Positions 56,260 through 64,000 of a DNA stretch of 64,000 bases are shown in pieces. Every line of letters begins with the position of its first letter. Positions within the stretch are counted from its first letter, which is position 1. The notes beneath the pieces were generated by a model, which was given only the letters and a program-made list of their open reading frames with translations, did no database searches and was not told the DNA's origin. The position numbers and the translations under genes are program-made. The DNA comes from the human T2T-CHM13v2.0 reference genome, Homo sapiens: NCBI RefSeq assembly GCF_009914755.1, contig NC_060926.1, one strand, 5' to 3'.

Positions 56260-57409
56260 TTACCAAAAAAAGAATGGTGTAAATTATGTGGTATCAACTC
56301 TTAACCCTTTTAAGGCAGAGAGCATGTGAAACATTTTAGAAACTGAACGACATCAGAAATAAAGTTATAAAGCTTTGGTTAATAGGCATGTTAAGTCATT
56401 TAGAACATCATGTAATGCTAGCTAAGCATTGCTATTCGTGGATGCATATATTGAATATTATATATTTACTGGAGTGCAATGGCGTGATCTTGGCTCACTG
56501 CAACCTCTGCCTCCCGGGTTCAGGCGATTCTCCTGCCTCAGCCTCCTGAGTAGCTGGGATTACAGGTGCCTGCCACAATGCCCAACTAATTTTTGTATTT
56601 TTAGTAGAAATGGGGTTTCACCATGTTGGTCAGGCTGGTTTCGAACTCCTGACCTCAGGTGATCCACCCGCCTTGACCTCGCAAAGTGCTTAGATTACAG
56701 GCGTGAGTCACCATGCCTGGCCCATAGTGACTTTTAATTTGTCACCCGAGCTAGAACATCTTTAAGAGTGAAGGGGAGCAGTTAGTAATTGCTAGGCAAT
56801 GGATGTAAATCAGGACTGTCTCTGGCAAACTGGGCTATTTGGTTACTTTATTTCTGATGCAAAATTAATGATCAAAAAGCTGTCCTTGGCCGGGCACAGT
56901 GGCTCACACCTGTAATCCCAGTGCTTTGGGAGGCCAAGGCAGGTGGATCATGAGGTCAGGAGTTTGAGACCAGCCTGGCCAACATGGTGAAAACATGGTC
57001 TCTACTAAAAATACAAAAATTAGCCTGGGGCAGTGGCAGACGCCTGTAATCCCGGCTACTTGGTGGCTGAGGCAGGAGAATCGCTTGAACTCAGGAGGCA
57101 GAAGTTGCAGTGTGCCAAGACTGCGCCACAGCACTCCAGCCTGGGCAACAGAGCGAGACACCCTCTCAAAAAAAAAAAAAAGAAAAAGCTGTCTTCAGAC
57201 CCCTTTCAAGCCCTGTTGAATTCAGTAGTTGGTTTTAGTTTCAGATGATGGGTTAGGTAATGTTTGCATCTCATTGGCTCTTTAATGACAGTTTTCTTTT
57301 CATAATAATTGGCCTTTACATAGTAGAAGTTAAAGAAACTTGGTTATTGAAAGGGGAAAAGAAATGCATGCAGAGTAAGAATACTAAAATTAATCTTTGC
57401 TTTTAATAG

Positions 57410-57597
57410 TACAAACGTGTTTGCAAACAATTAAGTTTATCCTGCCAAAAGAAATAGCAGTTCAGATGCTTGTCAAGTGGTACAATGTCCACAGTGCTCC
57501 AGGAGGACCCAGTTATCACTCAGAGTGGAATTTATTTGTGACTTGTCTCATGAACGTGATGGGTTTTAACACAGACCGCTTAGCATGGACTAGAAAT
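57410..57597 (+). pseudogene. ANAPC1-derived exon 17, copy 2; its last 48 nt (ATG 57550) are a candidate alternative RGPD1 first coding segment
   Basis: Same peptide as copy 1; phase-0 GTAAGT donor. Confidence 0.85.
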
Positions 57598-58309
57598 GTA
57601 AGTAAATACAATTGTTTTCTTTATGAGTTATTCTGTTAATGTAATGGTTGCATAATTGGTAATATAACATTGAGACTATATAATAGGCGTACCATATTCA
57701 AAATAATAGAATAATATTAAGGTTTATTGTATCTATATGTTGTAAATCAAATCTCACTTAATATTTAATGTTAACATTTTACTAGTGATTATAATTACTG
57801 AGCTTTAGAATGTTAAAGCATATATGACTATTTCTCATTTCACCTTTGTAAAATGACTGCAAGTTATGCTAGGATTAGTGATAGTCTTGGTTTTATTGAT
57901 GAAGAAACTGGATCACAAAGAAATCACAGATCTGTGATTTTTTAAAAACTATGACTAGACTGCATCTTCTGACTCCTTGTTTAACATTGTTTTCTGAAGA
58001 TAAGATTGTCTTTTTACACACATATTGCTTAGGATGTGAAGAGGAAGGTTTGATTTGAGGGAGATTTAAAGTACTTTAGCCGAGTACTATACCATCTACT
58101 CTGTACTTATACCATCTACTCTGTTAATGGTATAAGGCCTTACCTCTCACCCTCTTCCCCCAGTAACATCCTTACAGGCCCTTATTAGATTATTTACAAA
58201 ATCAGCAGAGTGGTGTCTTCAGTATTGGTGATCTCCTTCTAGCTTTGGAGATCACTCCCAGGACAACTTTGCCTGGGTCACTCTGAAAAAAAATCACTCT
58301 AGACTATAA

Positions 58310-58582
<273 letters not shown>

Positions 58583-60032
58583 TAGCCAGGATGGTCTCGA
58601 TCTCCTGACCTCGTGATCTGCCCGTCTCAGCCTCCCAAAGTGCTGGGATTACAGGTGTGAGCCACCGTGCCTGGCCAGCAAATCCATTTTTAAAACTTGT
58701 TTTTTGTCTTAATTATGAAAGGAAAATGTGGAAAATGGAGGAATTAAGAAAATAATTATACTACTCAGAGATAACCACTCTAAATATTTTTGATGTTACC
58801 TTCTATATAAAAATACCAATGAAAATTTCCCGTTATCATTAAAAATTTTTTCTAAAATATCTCCATCATTTCTTCATAGTGTAGTTTTATCATAATTAAC
58901 CAATAGCTAATAATTGTACCTTGTGAATCTGTTGTTTTCGTTATTGGAATTTATAAACATCCTTTTTCACGACTCTTTAACCACATCTCTAGTTACTTCC
59001 CAAGAATTGAATCTTAAAAGAGAAACTGTGAGGTCAAGTAATGTTTGGAAAGGGGTTCCCAGGTGACATTCTTACTAGCATCATTTAAAAGCGCCCATTT
59101 CACCACAGTGTTTATTTGTGGTGTGGTGAACCTTTGCCAGCTTCCTGAGAAATTTTATCTTATTTCTCTATAAGTAAATGGGAATGGTTTTTTCAAAATT
59201 TCATCAGTTATTTATAGTTCTTATTTTTTGATTCGTATTTCATGTCCTTTGTCTATGTTCCAGTCTCTTCTCAGACCAGTGGCCAAAGTAATCCTGTTTG
59301 ATAACGTCAGGTAGCGTTCGTCACGCCTCTGCGTAGAATCCCCCAGTGACTTCCCATGTCACTCAGAGTAAAGGCCATAGGCTTATAAGATGCCATGTGA
59401 CCTAGCCCTTGCTCACCTTCCTGGTCTTATTTCTTAATGCTTTGCACGCATCATCCCGGCCACATTGGCCTCAGCTCTGTTCCCTGAGCACTGCCAGCAT
59501 GTTTCTGCCTCTGAGTGTTTGCACTTGCCATTACCTCTATGGAGAATGCTTTCCCTCCGACAAGACGTGCTTAGGTCTTTATTCAGATGTCACCTCAGTG
59601 CTGCCTGTCCTGTCTCTCTCTATAGAATTACACCTGCCTCCATACCTTTAGTGCCATTTACCTGTTTTTCTTTCTTCTCACTTAATTAAATATAATATAC
59701 TGTATGTTTTACTTATTTTGTTTTGTGTCCCTCCTCCCCCAACTGGAATGTAAATTCTAGGAAGGCAAAGATTTTTGCTTAGTTTTGTTTACTACTCTCT
59801 CTCTCCAGGACCTGTGGTATTGCCTGGCATAGAAGGATACTCAGTGAACATTTGTTGAGTGAATGCCATTTTCCATCTGAGTGAGATACTGTTTTTAAGA
59901 GTTTGTGTCTATTTCAGCACATGAAGGAATTGCTGTCTGCAATTTCCTTGAGAAAAATCTTATGGGAAAATAGGGACAATTTTCTTTTCTTTTCTTTCCT
60001 TTTTTAAGACGGGGTTTTGCTCTGTCGTCTAG

Positions 60033-60224
<192 letters not shown>

Positions 60225-62535
60225 TGATCCTCCCACCTTGGCCTCCCAAAGTGCTAGGATTACAGGTGTGAACCATGGCTCCTGGCCTTCTTTTCTAATT
60301 TTAAACAATTGTATCCAAGTGACATTATCCTCAATTTTTCTGTTCTTTATTACATGTGAAAAGATTAAGCCTCATAGAAACTGGATTTCTACATTATGAA
60401 AAAGCATGTCAGCTTTCTGTAGTTTTGTGTATCATTGTCCTTGGAACTTGTTGATGAGTACAGATTGTTGTGTCCTAGTCTCTGGCAGAGAACCTATGCC
60501 CCCTCGCGTTTCCATGTTTTGGGGAGGACTGAGCACCTACCCATTTTTTCCTTTGCAAAGAAGGACATGGCTCTTTGACTTACTTATTGCATGATAATTA
60601 TAAAGGAAGGAATAAGGAAATCAATTCTTGAGGCCAAGTTGCTTTGCCATTTATTTATAGGACTGCGTGGTTAAACCCTTGCTATCTTTTGTCCTCATAG
60701 TCAAAGCTTAGGATGAAATGGTCCTCATTGGCAAATGGTTTTCATTTTGCTTTGTTCAGATTTATTCTTTTTGTTTTCACATATATAATGTGGTGGAGTA
60801 CAGAATTTCTGCCAATGACTCGTTACACAATTTTTGGCATTTCTTTGTGCTTTCTTTAATTTGCTGATGTGTTACATGAGTGCACTGGACTGTACATTGT
60901 AGGAACAGTTGCATTTGGGGTTAACTTTTTGTGGCTTTTGGGCTGCTCTTTTTTTCATTAGATAAATATTGAATCCCTGCTGTGGGCCAGGCATGATGCC
61001 AGGTTTCTCACATATACCCCAGACAAAACAGATTGTTCCTCTGGAATTGACTGTCTTGAGGGAAACAAATAAATAATATTTGATACATGTGTTATGATAG
61101 ATGAAGGGTAAGGGTCCATAGGAGCATATAACAGGGTTGGCTAACCTGAGACACATTGAAAGAGTGAAGATTAAACAGATCCATGTATGGCACAAAGAGC
61201 CATCCTTATCAGGCAGTTTCTACTTTCTCATAACTCCAGGCCTTATGAATCTGATAATTATAGCAGGGACATTCTTTTTGACTGTGGGACTTTGTGTGTG
61301 TTACATTTTGGTTGAAGTTTTAGGTTAGATAGTTACTGTTATATTTGTTGCTTTGATTTCACTGTTACTACCAGGTTTTTTATAATATATATGAGTTGGG
61401 CTGTTTTTTATTTGAATGCTTCACAAGCAAATCTTCTCTCTCAATAACATTCGGTTTTAAAAATCACTTTATTGCTACCTATGTTTAGTTTTTATATAGA
61501 AATCAACTCTGTTTAGGTGAGTGAGTTGATAAATATGTAAGTTTTTCAGCATAGGAAAATAGCCATTGCCATTTATAGAGTTACAGTTTATTAGTTGATG
61601 GTCAATGTCCATGTGAAGTAGCTGGGGCAGCAAAGATTATGCCAGGGGAAATTGAAGAAGAGCAACTTGCAGAAAACTGCTTTGATGTAGTTGTACTAGT
61701 TAAAAGATAGGCTCACTATTGTAATAGAAAGGCCTCAAAAGATACAATGGCTCAAACACAATAAAAATGTCTGTCTTGTTTACATAACAGGGCTTAGCAG
61801 ATAAACAGGCCACACAGTTATTCAGGAACCCAGGTTGATGGAGGATCTTTTGTCTTCGGTTCAAAGCTTGCCGTTGGTTGACTGCATTCCAGTCAGGTGG
61901 AAGGGGCAAAGAGCCTGGAGGAGCAGGGGTAGGACTGGACTGGTCCTGGAAGTGATGACAGTGACTTCCATTTATAATTAACTCTGTCAAAGGGTCACAC
62001 CTAACTTCAAAGGAGGCAGACGTATGTATGTAGTCTGGCTGTGGGTTCAGTAGAAAGAGGAGAAAAAAGATTTTCCAGAGTAGCTACTTGTCTCTGCCAT
62101 AGAATTGTTAGATAGTTTACTGTAGGTGGACTGTAAATAAATGTTTGCTTAGTTCTAACATTTGACTGATATTGGGTTGATCCTTTGAGACTTGGTATAT
62201 TGTGGATATGCCTAAAGTTTCTTTTTCTACCAAAGATGTGATGTAATCTATGTCGTTACAGAAGTAGGAGAGGGAAGGAAACTACCATTAAAATCAGTCC
62301 TTAGGAGCCCAGGCACTGTTCTAGATGTTTGCATATATTAATATGATTTCATTTCATCTTTACAGTAACCTGGAAGAAAGATATTTAAATAATGACTTTC
62401 CAGATCAAAAAATGAGTTTTGATGGCTTTTCTCAGTTTTCATAATTGGCAGAACTGATTTCCGAATCCTTTAAGTTGATCAGTTGACAGGAATGCATTTA
62501 TGATTTTTATCTTTTCTTTTGGGGTTACTTTTCAG

Positions 62536-62610
62536 TTTGACTTTGAAGGATCACTTTCCCCTGTCATTGCACCCAAAAAAGCAAGGCCTTCTGAGACTGG
62601 ATCTGATGAT
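62536..62610 (+). pseudogene. ANAPC1-derived exon 18, copy 2
   Basis: 75 nt, tcag/gtaagc, same as copy 1. Confidence 0.88.
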
Positions 62611-62916
62611 GTAAGCATTATTATTTCTTGCTAATATAAATTAATTTATGGATATTCATACTATTCTTCCACTTCTGTGGTATTCCTATCAATTCCTCTA
62701 TCTTTCCAACACCTTTCACTTTATTTATTTTAATACTGAATAGCAATTATTTTGAAGAGTAGGATCTGTTACATTTTCTATGGTCTTTAATGATTATCCA
62801 AAAATTAATGTATGTATTACTGCATGATTTCAGTTTGGGTTTGTAGACATTTTATTATCAACTGATCACCTGAAATGACAGCATTTGCCTTTTTTATGCA
62901 GTGTTTTTTAAATTAA

Positions 62917-63256
<340 letters not shown>

Positions 63257-63436
63257 TCCATGGTGTTATTCTTAAGTGGTCCAAATATGTTTTTTTAAAT
63301 TGTGGTGTAATTTACAAAAATGAAATACATCTTGAGTTTACAGTTTGATCAGTTTTAATATATGCACACTCATGTAACCTACACTCCTATATAGACACAG
63401 AATATTTTTATAACTCCATAAAATTTCCTTGTGCGG

Positions 63437-63720
63437 TTTTTTTTTTTTGAGACGGAGTCTTGCCTTATCGCCTAGGCTGGAGTGCAGTGGCACGATGTTG
63501 GCTCACCACCTCCTGGGTTGAAGCTATTCTCCTGCCTCAACCTCCTGAATAGCTGGGATTATAGGCATGCGCCACCACGCCTGGCCAATTTTTGTATTTT
63601 TAGTAGAGATAGGGTTTCACCATGTTGGTCAGGCTGGTCTTGAACTCCTGACCTCGTGATCTGCCCACCTCGGCCTCCCAAAGTTCTGGGATTACAGGCA
63701 TGAGCCACTGGGCCTGGCCC
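63437..63720 (-). mobile_element. Alu nested in an old L1M fragment (~63290-64000)
   Basis: Antisense Alu flanked by antisense L1 3'UTR motifs. Confidence 0.85.
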
Positions 63721-64000
63721 CTCTTGCTGTTTTTAATCAGCTTTATTCTCTTCTTCTAGCAATCACTGATCTGAATTCTGTCACCATATCTTAGTTATGC
63801 CTGTTCTAGAACTTGATGTAAATAAAATAATATAGTATGTAATCTTTGGTATAAGATTTATTCAGCATAATGCTTTTGAGATTCATTCATATTGTTACAG
63901 ATACCCGTAGTTTGTGCTTTTTTATTGCTGAGTAGTATGAATATACCATAGTTTGTTTATCCATCCTTCTTCTGCTGGTAGATATCTAGGCTATTTCCAT

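Overview
Human (primate) genomic DNA from a chromosome 2 segmental-duplication mosaic. From recall, the gene order best fits the 2p11.2 CD8B-ANAPC1P1-RGPD1 locus; the paralogous CD8B2/RGPD3 block cannot be formally excluded without an alignment. Contents: (1) CD8B exon 1 (minus strand) in a CpG island at about 1.6-2.1 kb. (2) An unprocessed ANAPC1 pseudogene on the plus strand, with 17 recognisable exons (ANAPC1 exons 2-18 by recalled numbering, 11.2-52.9 kb) and a first lesion, a 1-bp deletion, in exon 11. (3) A RANBP2-derived RGPD promoter and exon 1 ([24 protein letters not shown]), joined to the pseudogene through a chimeric Alu and followed by a ~1.07-kb GGC-rich compound VNTR. (4) A second, near-identical copy of ~8.8 kb of the pseudogene (exons 17-18). 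Also present: an RPS26 processed pseudogene, about 50 Alus (not all listed), and L1, Tigger, LTR and L2 relics. The most notable sequence-level signals are the rearrangement scars: a 573-bp deletion filled with an in-register (TTAGGG)n tract, Alu-Alu and microhomology junctions, templated insertions, a ~0.9-kb inverted copy of exon 7, and a VNTR that encodes the same Gly/Arg/Ala cycle in all three plus-strand frames. All alignments were done by eye; repeat boundaries are approximate and reference comparisons are from memory.
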